DNA from: Bacteroidales bacterium
GTDB taxonomy: Bacteria; Bacteroidota; Bacteroidia; Bacteroidales; UBA12077
Length of the DNA: 64,000 nt
Assembly: GCA_046482855.1 (NCBI GenBank)
Contig: JAWOEH010000127.1
Location: forward strand, 23,865-87,864
Direction: 5' to 3'
The translations under genes and the position numbers were made by a program. Shown here in pieces: positions 9,553-18,569 of the stretch. The first letter of the stretch is position 1. Every line of letters starts with the position of its first letter. The notes beneath the pieces are model-generated. The model worked only from the letters and a program-made list of their open reading frames with translations. It did no database searches and was not told where the DNA came from.

Positions 9553-9562
9553 TTTCATGAAA
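9553..9562. promoter_or_regulatory. Perfect 10-bp palindrome TTTCATGAAA upstream of the TetR gene (candidate operator)
   Basis: Seen directly in the sequence. It lies 14 nt upstream of ATG 9539, in the divergent intergenic region. Its function is inferred only. Confidence 0.25.
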
Positions 9563-9649
9563 TTTTTTCATTCCTTGTTTTGTTTACGCAAATAAGATAA
9601 CTTTAAGCAGCAGGTTTATAAGGGACTCGGTAGCTTTAAGTGATAATTT

Positions 9650-12466
9650 ATGTTACGAAAACTTTTTTTAATTGCATTTGTCTTTTTCTTTCTCGTGCTC
9701 CATTCATTGGGACAGGAATCCGCTTGGTTACATAAGCTATCATCGGTAGTGGACAGTTTAGAAACTAAGCAGGAAATTTCAAAAGAAAGGGTAGAAGAGT
9801 GGCTGAGAAGGGCTGATTCACTCTTGCAGTTTAGTCCCTACGATGCAAACGAGAACGCTAAATTTCATTACAGGTTTGGCGAGTTGGCCTTTAAAAATGG
9901 AGCTTATAAACAAGCTTACTCCTTTTGGGAGGCCTTTCTGGAACTTGAGGATGATACCCAACTTGTTGATAAAGATGTAGCCACAGCTCATTATTATTTG
10001 GGATTGTTATACCAATGGTTTGCGGATTATGAGCTGGCTCTGTTAAGTTATAAAAAAGCTTTAAGTTACCTCGGTGATGAAGCTGATGATCAGAATGTAA
10101 AAGCTGGCGTGTTGAGAGGGTTGGGCAATTTATACTTTCAATGGAACGAAACAGATGAGGCCATTTCCTATTATCGTCAATCTCTTGGCCTGTACCAAGT
10201 GTTAAGCGATACATCAGGTATTGCTAAGTGTTATAATAACATGGGACGAATATTCACCGACAAGGGTGAATATGCAAAAGGCCTGGAATTGTTGAACTCT
10301 TCTTTATCTATTAAGCGCAACAATGGCGATTTTGTAGGCATGTTTAATACCTACATTAACATGGGACGAGCTTATCAACGACAGGACAGTACTGAAAGGG
10401 CGCGCAATTATTTTCAATTGGCCAACGAATTGGCCGAATATCTTGACAATGATTTGCTTTTAGCCGAGGTAAACAGTTATCTGGGAAACCTGGCTGCCGA
10501 TCAGGCTCAGTTGGATTCTGCAGTTGTGTATTATGAGAAAAGTTTGGATTATTCTGATTCGACTCACTATCAGCGATGGCTCATTGAAGGCCATCGTGCC
10601 TTAGCACGCATATGGGAAAAACAAGGCGATTTCCAGAAATCTCTTCAACATTACAAAACCTATAAGCTTTACGAAGATTCGGTTTTCAATGAGGATACCC
10701 GTTTCTTGATTGAAGCTTATCGCAATGAAACTTTAGGTTTGAGAGAAGAGAAACAAATGATTGTAAAAGAGAAGACTATAGAGAAACAGCGGTGGTTAAT
10801 TGCCAGTGTTTTTCTCTTGCTACTTTTTAGTCTGCTTTTTGTGTTTCTCCTGTTTCGTCAAAATAAACTCATTAGTCGCAAGAGTAAAAAAATGGTCAAA
10901 ATCAACCAGGAGCTGGATGCCCGCGTTAAGGAGCGCACAAAAACGCTACAGATGACCCAGTATGCTGTTGATATGGCAACTGATCCAATTTTTGTCGTAC
11001 AAATAGAGGGCGTCATTTCGTATTGCAATGAAGCTACACTTTTTCTTCTGGGTTATAATAGAAATGAAATTAGAGGGTTAAAGTTTTTTGATATTGTAAA
11101 AGATCTAACAGAAGAGTTATGGAATGAGTATGCGCGACATATTCTTCAACGAGGATCTTACACACTTGAATTGGTTTTTGTGTCACAGAGCGACGATCTT
11201 ATTACCATGGAAGTGGCGTTTAATGCACGCATATACCAAGAGGAGCAACAGATTTATGCTTTCTGCCGCAACATGGAGGAGCGCAAAAAACAAGAACACT
11301 TGCTTTTGGAGGCGAAAGATAGGGCTGAACGAAGCGATCGACTTAAGTCGGCATTTTTAGCCAACATGTCCCATGAGATACGAACACCTCTTAATGCCAT
11401 TGTGGGGTTTTCCGATCTTTTAGCCCGGGATAAGCTCCACAAATTTAGCCGTGAACAAATTGTTGATATCATTAAATCTAATAGTCAGGATTTGATTACG
11501 TTAATTAACGATATCATTGACTTTTCCATGATCGAAGCCAACCAGCTTGCTGTAGACAAACGATTGCACTTTGTATTGCCTATGCTGGAAGAGTTGATAT
11601 GGGTGTATACCAAACGTAATGAAGAGCGGGATAAAAAACCCATCGAGCTACGTTTGCACACACCTTCAAATGCCAAATTTTACGCCTTGTATACCGATAA
11701 GAGCCGACTTCGCCAAGTATTGAGTAACTTATTGGATAATGCATTAAAATTTACCAATAAAGGGTTTATTGAACTGGGGTTTCAGCTCCTTTCGCATGGA
11801 GGTAGAAAAATGATGCGCTTGTATGTGAAAGATACCGGCTCCGGAATTGCGCAGGAGGATCAGCAAGCCGTTTTTCAAAGATTTTATAAGCTAGATGAGG
11901 TGAGCAAGGCAGCTTTACGGGGAACAGGACTGGGTTTAGCAATTAGTAAGCGATTAGTTGGATTGCTGGATGGATCAATGGGTTTAGTGTCCAAAAAAGG
12001 TGAAGGAAGTACCTTCTATATAGATGTTCCCTATCAGTATATGAATGAGAATGTAATGCCGACAATCCGGCTAAACAGTCGGTCTTCTTCAGTTTTGGCA
12101 GGGAAGACTTTGCTAATTGTTGAGGACGATAAAGCTAACTTCATGTTGCTGGAAGCACTCCTAAAACCGGCTAAAGTCAAAATACTGCATCTTGCCAATG
12201 GGAGCGACGTATTACCCTACATGCAGCGTCATCGTCATCAGGTAGATGCTGTTTTGTTGGATATTCAGTTGCCGGGAATGAATGGAGACCAGGTGGCTCA
12301 TAAACTAAAAGGGCTTTATCCGGATCTTCCCTTGGTGGCCCAAACTGCTTATGGAAGTAAATACCAGGACGAAAAGAATACACAGCTGTTCGATAGTTTT
12401 CTGTATAAACCTATCGATAAGGCGGAGTTGCTACATACCTTATCCGCGGTTTTGACTAAGCAATAA
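9650..12466 (+). CDS. Hybrid sensor histidine kinase: periplasmic TPR sensor, TM, PAS, HisKA, HATPase_c, receiver
   Basis: Has a signal peptide, about 8 TPR-like repeats and a TM helix (WLIASVFLLLLFSLLFVFLLF). H-box [18 protein letters not shown] and G-boxes DTGSGI/GTGLGLAI are present. The receiver domain reads LLIVEDD..VLLDIQLPGMNG..YKPI. Confidence 0.9.
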   Translation: MLRKLFLIAFVFFFLVLHSLGQESAWLHKLSSVVDSLETKQEISKERVEEWLRRADSLLQFSPYDANENAKFHYRFGELAFKNGAYKQAYSFWEAFLELEDDTQLVDKDVATAHYYLGLLYQWFADYELALLSYKKALSYLGDEADDQNVKAGVLRGLGNLYFQWNETDEAISYYRQSLGLYQVLSDTSGIAKCYNNMGRIFTDKGEYAKGLELLNSSLSIKRNNGDFVGMFNTYINMGRAYQRQDSTERARNYFQLANELAEYLDNDLLLAEVNSYLGNLAADQAQLDSAVVYYEKSLDYSDSTHYQRWLIEGHRALARIWEKQGDFQKSLQHYKTYKLYEDSVFNEDTRFLIEAYRNETLGLREEKQMIVKEKTIEKQRWLIASVFLLLLFSLLFVFLLFRQNKLISRKSKKMVKINQELDARVKERTKTLQMTQYAVDMATDPIFVVQIEGVISYCNEATLFLLGYNRNEIRGLKFFDIVKDLTEELWNEYARHILQRGSYTLELVFVSQSDDLITMEVAFNARIYQEEQQIYAFCRNMEERKKQEHLLLEAKDRAERSDRLKSAFLANMSHEIRTPLNAIVGFSDLLARDKLHKFSREQIVDIIKSNSQDLITLINDIIDFSMIEANQLAVDKRLHFVLPMLEELIWVYTKRNEERDKKPIELRLHTPSNAKFYALYTDKSRLRQVLSNLLDNALKFTNKGFIELGFQLLSHGGRKMMRLYVKDTGSGIAQEDQQAVFQRFYKLDEVSKAALRGTGLGLAISKRLVGLLDGSMGLVSKKGEGSTFYIDVPYQYMNENVMPTIRLNSRSSSVLAGKTLLIVEDDKANFMLLEALLKPAKVKILHLANGSDVLPYMQRHRHQVDAVLLDIQLPGMNGDQVAHKLKGLYPDLPLVAQTAYGSKYQDEKNTQLFDSFLYKPIDKAELLHTLSAVLTKQ

Positions 12467-12630
12467 TACAGCATCTTTATACAATTTTCCTGTCTGATAT
12501 ACAATAAGTAAAAACCAACTCTTCTTAGAAAGGAAAATGCACCGATTGTTTTGAAAACAAAGCCCAGGCCTACTGTATGGCGAGAATTGTGCCGCTGTCA
12601 AAAATATTCGTAACAATAGTTCGATTCTTC

Positions 12631-12657
12631 TGTAACTTTCCGACAACACTAACCGTC
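12631..12657 (+). promoter_or_regulatory. ECF-sigma-type promoter (TGTAAC-N17-CGTC) upstream of the sigma gene
   Basis: TGTAAC at 12631-12636 and CGTC at 12654-12657, 25 nt before ATG 12682. It resembles the AAC-N16/17-CGT architecture of autoregulated ECF promoters. A near-twin lies at 14318-14343. Confidence 0.45.
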
Positions 12658-12681
12658 GTACCAACGAAAATAAGCAGCTAC

Positions 12682-13167
12682 ATGACCCTAAATGATTACA
12701 ATGATTGCGTAAATTCACATGCTGATGGTGTTTATAGGTTTATCCTAAAGCATGTGAGCGATAACGATCTTGCTCAGGATATTGTGCAGGAGAGTTTTGA
12801 AAAGTTGTGGATGAAGTTGGATGAAGTGACAGCTTCAAAGGCCAAGTCCTATCTCTTTACCACAGCCTACCATACAATGATTGATTATATCCGGAAAAAT
12901 AAACGGATAACTTCTATGGAATCAGTTTCTATTATAGAGCCATCTTTAACAGATAGCTATACTGATTTAAGTGAAGTATTAAACGAAGGATTGTCTCGGT
13001 TGCCCGAAGTGCAAAGGAGCGTTGTTCTGTTACGCGATTACGAAGGATATTCCTATGAGGAAATTGCACAGATTACAGCGCTTACAACCTCTCAGGTAAA
13101 AGTATATATTTATCGGGGTCGACTTGCGCTTAGAAAGTTTATTGGGCACTTAGAAGCCATTATTTAA
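12682..13167 (+). CDS. RNA polymerase ECF-type sigma-70 factor
   Basis: Region 2 (DLAQDIVQESFEKLW) and region 4 (VVLLRDYEGYSYEEIAQITALTTSQVKVYIYRGRLAL) are recognisable. The ATG at 12682 is preferred over the ORF-track start at 12577, which would add a non-homologous 35-aa leader covering the promoter motif. Confidence 0.88.
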   Translation: MTLNDYNDCVNSHADGVYRFILKHVSDNDLAQDIVQESFEKLWMKLDEVTASKAKSYLFTTAYHTMIDYIRKNKRITSMESVSIIEPSLTDSYTDLSEVLNEGLSRLPEVQRSVVLLRDYEGYSYEEIAQITALTTSQVKVYIYRGRLALRKFIGHLEAII

Positions 13168-13179
13168 TAAGAGGAAGGT

Positions 13180-14316
13180 ATGAAAATTTCGAAAGAAAAT
13201 TATGAAGCTATCGCCATTGATTATCTGGATGGTAGTCTCGATAAACAAAGCCGGGAGGCCTTTGAAGCTTTCCTACATCAACATCCCGATATTGCGGAGG
13301 AGGTCTCTTTGCTTTCGGATGTTCCCTTTGATCTGAAAGAGGAGCTTCAAGCTGAACAAGTGCCTAAGGAGCTTTTGCTGAAGGACTCTACACTTGTTGC
13401 CGAGGATGGAGCCGATGTTTTGGATGATATATGTATTGATATTATTGAAGGCAACTATAACGAAGAGGACGCCAATAGAATTGAAAAACGATTATTGGCT
13501 AAGGAACGGTCGAGAAAACGACTAATGACCTATCGAAATACTATTGCAGTCCCCGATTATAGTCTAGCGTTTCCGGATAAATCAAGGTTGTTTCATCAGA
13601 GTCGGTTAGGGAGATTCCAAAAGAAAACGCTGCGGTATGCACTTTTAGGTGCCGCAGCATCGGTGGTTATAATGTTGGGAATTAAGCAATTAAGTCAGCA
13701 TGACGAAATACTGCCCGTTAAAGGTTCCCACATAGTAGCTGATGCGACCACTAAATCAGACAATAAAGAAATCAGCAAAGAAACCTCGACTGAAGTTGGG
13801 GAAAATGAAGAGAATTCTGCATCGTTGAAAAAGGGAAATGCCGCTAAATCGTCTGAAGAAAGTAACAAAGGAAAAAAAGTGGAGCAATCGGCGCCAAGGA
13901 AAAGCACAACAAATAATTCCCGGCCTGTAATAAAAATTCGGACACAGGATCCTGTTATGTTGGCAAAAGCTCCTAAAATACAAGTAGATATTGATCACGA
14001 TAAGGCTCAGTTGCCCCGTTTGGCATCTGTTCCACGGGTTGAGAGAACCGTTGTGGAACCAACGCTATCAACTGATATTGGTTTGACAGAGGCGCTTGCC
14101 GTTAATATTAACAAATATGTTTTTCAGAAAGATCCTCAAAGTCCTGAGGCTAAGCGCCTCTCTGTGTGGGATGTGGCTCATTTGGGTGTAAACGGGGTTA
14201 ACAAGCTTACCGGGACAAATATGGAATTAGAACGTAAATATGATGACCATGGCAAGATGGTGGAACTGGCCTTTCACTCTAAAGTTTTCAGTTACGAGAA
14301 GAAAAAGAGTAATTGA
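13180..14316 (+). CDS. Putative anti-sigma factor (single-pass membrane protein)
   Basis: It starts 12 nt after the sigma gene. The N-terminal anti-sigma-like helix bundle reads YEAIAIDYLDGSLDKQSREAFEAFLHQHPDIAEE. There is one TM helix (LRYALLGAAASVVIMLGI). A K/S/E-rich linker and a C-terminal domain of unknown fold follow. Confidence 0.6.
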   Translation: MKISKENYEAIAIDYLDGSLDKQSREAFEAFLHQHPDIAEEVSLLSDVPFDLKEELQAEQVPKELLLKDSTLVAEDGADVLDDICIDIIEGNYNEEDANRIEKRLLAKERSRKRLMTYRNTIAVPDYSLAFPDKSRLFHQSRLGRFQKKTLRYALLGAAASVVIMLGIKQLSQHDEILPVKGSHIVADATTKSDNKEISKETSTEVGENEENSASLKKGNAAKSSEESNKGKKVEQSAPRKSTTNNSRPVIKIRTQDPVMLAKAPKIQVDIDHDKAQLPRLASVPRVERTVVEPTLSTDIGLTEALAVNINKYVFQKDPQSPEAKRLSVWDVAHLGVNGVNKLTGTNMELERKYDDHGKMVELAFHSKVFSYEKKKSN

Positions 14317-14317
14317 T

Positions 14318-14343
14318 TGTAACATTTTCCACCTCTCGCCGTC
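14318..14343 (+). promoter_or_regulatory. Second ECF-type promoter (TGTAAC-N16-CGTC) upstream of the OM beta-barrel gene
   Basis: TGTAAC at 14318-14323 and CGTC at 14340-14343, 27 nt before ATG 14371. It shares TGTAAC..TTTCC..CCGTC with the motif at 12631. Confidence 0.45.
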
Positions 14344-14370
14344 TTATGAAAAAATTAAAAAGATAAAGAT

Positions 14371-15252
14371 ATGAAAAGGATACTATTATTAGCATTAGTT
14401 TTAAGTTTAGGTTTAAACTTAGTTGCACAGGAAAAGGCTGATACAATTGATATTTGGCTGGGAAAACGTTTAGTTCGTATTGTAAAAGATGGAGAGACAA
14501 CCATAAAAATGCAAAAAACTGACGATGGAGACTGGGAAGAGCTTTATGAGGAAGATATTCTTTCTCAATTCGAAGATGATGACGACAGAACTGCTGTTTA
14601 TACCCAGAAGCGAAGGATTTTGTTTGATGGTAACTGGGCAGGATTTGAGCTTGGGTTGAATAATTATGTGGATAAAGATTTTTCTTTTTCACGTACCGGG
14701 GATGATGCTTTTATGGATCTGAATACCGGAAAATCGTGGAATGTGAATATTAACGTGGCCGATATTGGTATAAACCTATACAAAGGGAAGGTTGGTCTTG
14801 TTTCAGGGATAGGGTTTGAGTTTTTCGATTACAAATTTGATGATAATTCTATGACCCTGGCCAAAGAGAACGGAGTGGTAGTACCCGATTATGCCACATA
14901 TGCCGATATGAGTTTAATGAAAACTAAAATTACCATGTCCTATCTTACAGTGCCCTTTTTGCTTGAGTGGCAAATACCTGTAGGATCTAATGATATTGTC
15001 GTTAATGGAGGTGTAGTTGGGGGCATGAAGCTTGGCTCACATACAAAAGTTGTTTACAAGGAGGGCGGGAACCGTCAAAAAGATAAAGTACGTGATGACT
15101 TCAATTTATCGCCATTTCGATATGGTTTTACGGCACGGATAGGATATAATGACTGGAAGCTTTATGCAACCTACTATGCAGTGCCATTATTTGAAGAGGA
15201 CAAAGGACCCGAATTGTTCCCTGTAGCTGCTGGGATTTCGTTATCATTCTAG
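14371..15252 (+). CDS. Outer-membrane beta-barrel protein (OMP_b-brl/PorT-like) with an acidic N-terminal segment
   Basis: Has a signal peptide (MKRILLLALVLSLGLNLVAQ), alternating beta-strand pattern and a C-terminal ..AAGISLSF. An acidic stretch DDGDWEELYEEDILSQFEDDDD is present. Confidence 0.7.
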   Translation: MKRILLLALVLSLGLNLVAQEKADTIDIWLGKRLVRIVKDGETTIKMQKTDDGDWEELYEEDILSQFEDDDDRTAVYTQKRRILFDGNWAGFELGLNNYVDKDFSFSRTGDDAFMDLNTGKSWNVNINVADIGINLYKGKVGLVSGIGFEFFDYKFDDNSMTLAKENGVVVPDYATYADMSLMKTKITMSYLTVPFLLEWQIPVGSNDIVVNGGVVGGMKLGSHTKVVYKEGGNRQKDKVRDDFNLSPFRYGFTARIGYNDWKLYATYYAVPLFEEDKGPELFPVAAGISLSF

Positions 15253-15284
15253 ATTTTAATGACAACCGAAATATACGGGTCATT

Positions 15285-15314
15285 ACCACCTCCTTTTCAG
15301 GGGGTGGTTTTTTG
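15285..15314 (+). terminator. Intrinsic terminator
   Basis: Stem ACCACCTCC-ttttca-GGGGGTGGT followed by a T-run. Confidence 0.65.
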
Positions 15315-15348
15315 TTGGCTTACCATTGAGTTTATGAAGGGTATTAGG

Positions 15349-15356
15349 TATATTTG
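15349..15356 (+). promoter_or_regulatory. Bacteroidetes -7 box (TAtaTTTG)
   Basis: Matches the TAnnTTTG consensus, 23 nt upstream of ATG 15379. Confidence 0.3.
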
Positions 15357-15378
15357 AACTACAAGCAAAATCAATCAA

Positions 15379-17559
15379 ATGAAAAATTTTCTTCTCTTTT
15401 CTCTTCTTCTTTTTGCTTCATCTTCACTCAATGCACAGAATATAGATAGCCTGAAACGGCAGGTACTCGTTGCTACCTCGGCTTATGATAAAGCAAAGCT
15501 CTATATTAAGATAGCGAATAACCTGGAAGATAGTCAGGTGGATTCTTCTCGTTTTTATGCTCTAAAGGCAGTAAAGGTGCTAAAATCTTTAAAGGGCGAT
15601 TCTGTCCTTAAACTTACATCTGAGGCCTATAATACTTTAGGAATTTGCGAAAACAATCAAGGCAACTATGGGAATGCCATTAACTATTTTTCAACGGCAG
15701 CCCGCTACGATAAACAAATGGAGGCCTTTGGCAAGGCAGCACAGAAATACGTGAATATAGCGATAATTTATAAAAACCAGGGAGAGCATTTTCGGGCCCT
15801 TCAATTGTACGATAGCTCCATGGTTCATGCTTCGACGTATAGCGATACTTCCTTTATGGCTAGCATTTATTTAAATAAAGGGGTGCTTTATTACGAATTG
15901 GGTAATTATGATCAAGCATTAGCCTTTTACCTAAAGGCAGAAACGCTATTTACAAAGCTTGAAGAAATTGAGAATCTTGCTATTCTCAGGTATAATCTTG
16001 GTCTTATCTTTCATGAACAAAATAACGAGGCGTTGGCAACGTCTAATTTTCAATCTGCAAAGGGACTTTTCGATTCTCTTGGGAATCGGTATGGCGTGGC
16101 CTATTGTTATACGAGTCTGGGCGATGTTTATCGGGCATCTGGTGCTTACGCAAAGGCAATTGACTTCTACAACCATGCCTATGAAATTCATGAAGATCTT
16201 TCAAATAAACAGGGGATGGCCGAAGCCTTTATCCAAATTGGGCTAGTCTATTTTGAGCATGGTAAATATCCGAAGGCGGGCGACTTTTATCAGGAGGCAT
16301 TCAACCTGAATGCACAAATTGACTACCCTAAAGGGAAAGCCATCGCTTTGCGCAATCGGGGGCATATAGCTGTAAAGCAAGAAAAGTACCGGGAGGCTCG
16401 CCAGAAATACCATTCTGCTCTTCTTATTGCTGATGAATTGGCCGATAATGCTTTGCTTCAGGATCTTCATCTTGATTTATCAGGGGTGTACAATAAGACA
16501 CAAAACGTTGAAAAAGCATTTGCTCATTATAAGCAATACATCTCTTTTCGCGATAGCATTGAAACGGCTGAGCTTGATGCGAGTATGACACGGCTGAAAG
16601 CCCGATATGATATTGATTCGAGAGAAAAAACCATTGAGAATTTGCAAGTAAAACAGAATATTCAGGAAGTGGAGAATCGCCGCCAACGTACGATTATTCG
16701 GTTCTCCATGGGCGTGGTGCTGATAATTGTGTTGTTTTTGGCTCTTCTTTTTAGGAAAAATAGAGAGATTCGGAACGTATATGAACAGCTTGTGTTAAAA
16801 CAGAGCCAAATAAAGGGCAGTATTGATTATGCAAGCAAAATTCAGGCAGCTGTCCTTCCTCCTGAAAGTATTATTCATAAGCTTATACCTGATAGTTTTA
16901 TCCTGTTTAAACCTCGGGATATTGTTAGTGGCGATTTTTACTGGATAGGTGAGCGTGAGGGTAAAGTGGCGGTAGCCGCAGTTGATTGTACCGGGCACGG
17001 TGTTCCCGGAGCTTTTATGAGCATGATGGGAATCTCTTTTTTGAATGAGGTGTTTATGAAGGGGGACTTTCAGGATGCAGGAGGATTGCTTACATTATTA
17101 CGATCATATGTTAAAGAGGCTTTGCACCAAACAGAGGAGTATCCTGAAACCAAAGACGGGATGGATATTTCGTTAGTTATCATCGATCCAGAGAATCATG
17201 AGCTCCAGTTTTCCGGTGCTTATCGTCCAATGGTTTTATGTAAGGGACAGGAAGAGGTGTACCTTAAGGGTGATCGTATGCCCATTGGGATTCATTATAA
17301 TGAAAAGGATCGTTTTTCTACGCATCGGCTCCATTACACAGGAGGTGAAATGATCTATCTATTCTCTGATGGATATTCAGATCAGTTTGGTGGTCCCAGT
17401 GGAAGGAAGTTCCGGCTATCTCCATTTCGGGAATTGTTGCAGTCGGTCGCTATGCTTCCCGTGGCCTCTCAGAAAGCTATATTGCAGCATGAGTTGGCTA
17501 AATGGCAAGGGGCTCATGAACAGATTGATGATATTCTGGTAATGGGTTTACGGTTATGA
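15379..17559 (+). CDS. TPR-sensor / PP2C (SpoIIE-RsbU type) serine phosphatase
   Basis: Has a signal peptide, about 9 TPR repeats, a coiled coil and a TM helix (IIRFSMGVVLIIVLFLALLF). The C-terminal SpoIIE domain carries DIVSGDFYW..AAVDCTGHGVPGAF..SDGYSDQ..DDILVMGLR. Confidence 0.88.
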   Translation: MKNFLLFSLLLFASSSLNAQNIDSLKRQVLVATSAYDKAKLYIKIANNLEDSQVDSSRFYALKAVKVLKSLKGDSVLKLTSEAYNTLGICENNQGNYGNAINYFSTAARYDKQMEAFGKAAQKYVNIAIIYKNQGEHFRALQLYDSSMVHASTYSDTSFMASIYLNKGVLYYELGNYDQALAFYLKAETLFTKLEEIENLAILRYNLGLIFHEQNNEALATSNFQSAKGLFDSLGNRYGVAYCYTSLGDVYRASGAYAKAIDFYNHAYEIHEDLSNKQGMAEAFIQIGLVYFEHGKYPKAGDFYQEAFNLNAQIDYPKGKAIALRNRGHIAVKQEKYREARQKYHSALLIADELADNALLQDLHLDLSGVYNKTQNVEKAFAHYKQYISFRDSIETAELDASMTRLKARYDIDSREKTIENLQVKQNIQEVENRRQRTIIRFSMGVVLIIVLFLALLFRKNREIRNVYEQLVLKQSQIKGSIDYASKIQAAVLPPESIIHKLIPDSFILFKPRDIVSGDFYWIGEREGKVAVAAVDCTGHGVPGAFMSMMGISFLNEVFMKGDFQDAGGLLTLLRSYVKEALHQTEEYPETKDGMDISLVIIDPENHELQFSGAYRPMVLCKGQEEVYLKGDRMPIGIHYNEKDRFSTHRLHYTGGEMIYLFSDGYSDQFGGPSGRKFRLSPFRELLQSVAMLPVASQKAILQHELAKWQGAHEQIDDILVMGLRL

Positions 17560-17560
17560 T

Positions 17561-17588
17561 CTCCAAAAATATTGGAGTTGATTTTTTT
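17561..17588 (+). terminator. Intrinsic terminator
   Basis: Stem CTCCAA-aaata-TTGGAG followed by TTGATTTTTTT. Confidence 0.6.
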
Positions 17589-17754
17589 GCGGATAAAAGA
17601 TATTTTAAGAATTTTTAGCGGAGAATATACAGTTATTACAAACTATCAGGCAATAGAGGCAAACTGTCGCAGTCAGAATCGCCCAATAGGTAGAGGCGAA
17701 GTGTGAATTTTTCTTTACATTTACCTCTTTAAATAACTAAAACCATTTTTTGCT

Positions 17755-18468
17755 ATGAGATTATTGTTAATTAGTAATTCCACCATGGCAGGGCAAGAGT
17801 ATCTTGAATATCCTATGCCCCATATTAAAGAGTTCTTGAACGGGAAAGTAAAAAAAGTACTTTTCGTGCCCTACGCTGCAGTAACCTTCAGCTATGATGA
17901 GTATCAGCAAAAAGTAGCTAAACGATTTAAAGAGCTTGGCGTTGAAGTAGATTCCATCCATTTATATGAGCCAAACAAACGCAAGGAAGCAGTACAAGAT
18001 GCTGAGGCTATTGTTATTGGTGGTGGAAACACATTCCACTTGCTAAAAATGATGCAACAGGATGATATTTTGGAAACCATTCGCTACGAAGTGATGAAGG
18101 GGAAACCCTATATGGGATGGAGCGCAGGTTCAAATGTGGCATGTCCTACTATCTGCACAACAAATGATATGCCTATTGTGGAGCCCGAAAGTTTTCATGC
18201 CATTAACCTGATTCGATTTCAAATCAACCCACATTACCTCGATGCACATCCCGACGGACACGCCGGTGAAACCCGGGAGCAGCGTATTGGCGAATTTTTG
18301 GTGGCCAATCCCTACATTTATGTGGCCGGACTTCGCGAAGGTTGCATCCTGAAAGTTGAGAATGCAAAAGTTGAATTAATTGGTGATAAACCCTTACGTG
18401 TGTTTAAACACGGTCAGGAACCCAAAGAAATACAGGTTGGAGGAGATTTTGATTTCCTTTTTGAATAA
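17755..18468 (+). CDS. pepE: Dipeptidase E (peptidase S51)
   Basis: MRLLLISNS.., GGGNTFHLL and GWSAGSNV (nucleophile Ser) are present. The 237-aa length fits. Confidence 0.88.
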   Translation: MRLLLISNSTMAGQEYLEYPMPHIKEFLNGKVKKVLFVPYAAVTFSYDEYQQKVAKRFKELGVEVDSIHLYEPNKRKEAVQDAEAIVIGGGNTFHLLKMMQQDDILETIRYEVMKGKPYMGWSAGSNVACPTICTTNDMPIVEPESFHAINLIRFQINPHYLDAHPDGHAGETREQRIGEFLVANPYIYVAGLREGCILKVENAKVELIGDKPLRVFKHGQEPKEIQVGGDFDFLFE

Positions 18469-18487
18469 AGAGTAATTGAGGATAACA

Positions 18488-18517
18488 AAAAACCTGCTTT
18501 CATGAGCGGGTTTTTTT
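18488..18517 (+). terminator. Intrinsic terminator
   Basis: Stem AACCTGCT-ttcatg-AGCGGGTT followed by a T7 run. Confidence 0.65.
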
Positions 18518-18569
18518 ATACCTTGTATGCAGCAATTTCTCAAACTCGTCGTTATTAAGGAAATCGTTT

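Noticed and set aside
12577-12681. 35-codon N-terminal extension of the ECF sigma ORF in the ORF track
   Set aside because: The extension is hydrophobic and non-homologous, and it covers the TGTAAC-N17-CGTC promoter motif. The ATG at 12682 gives a normal sigma N-terminus.
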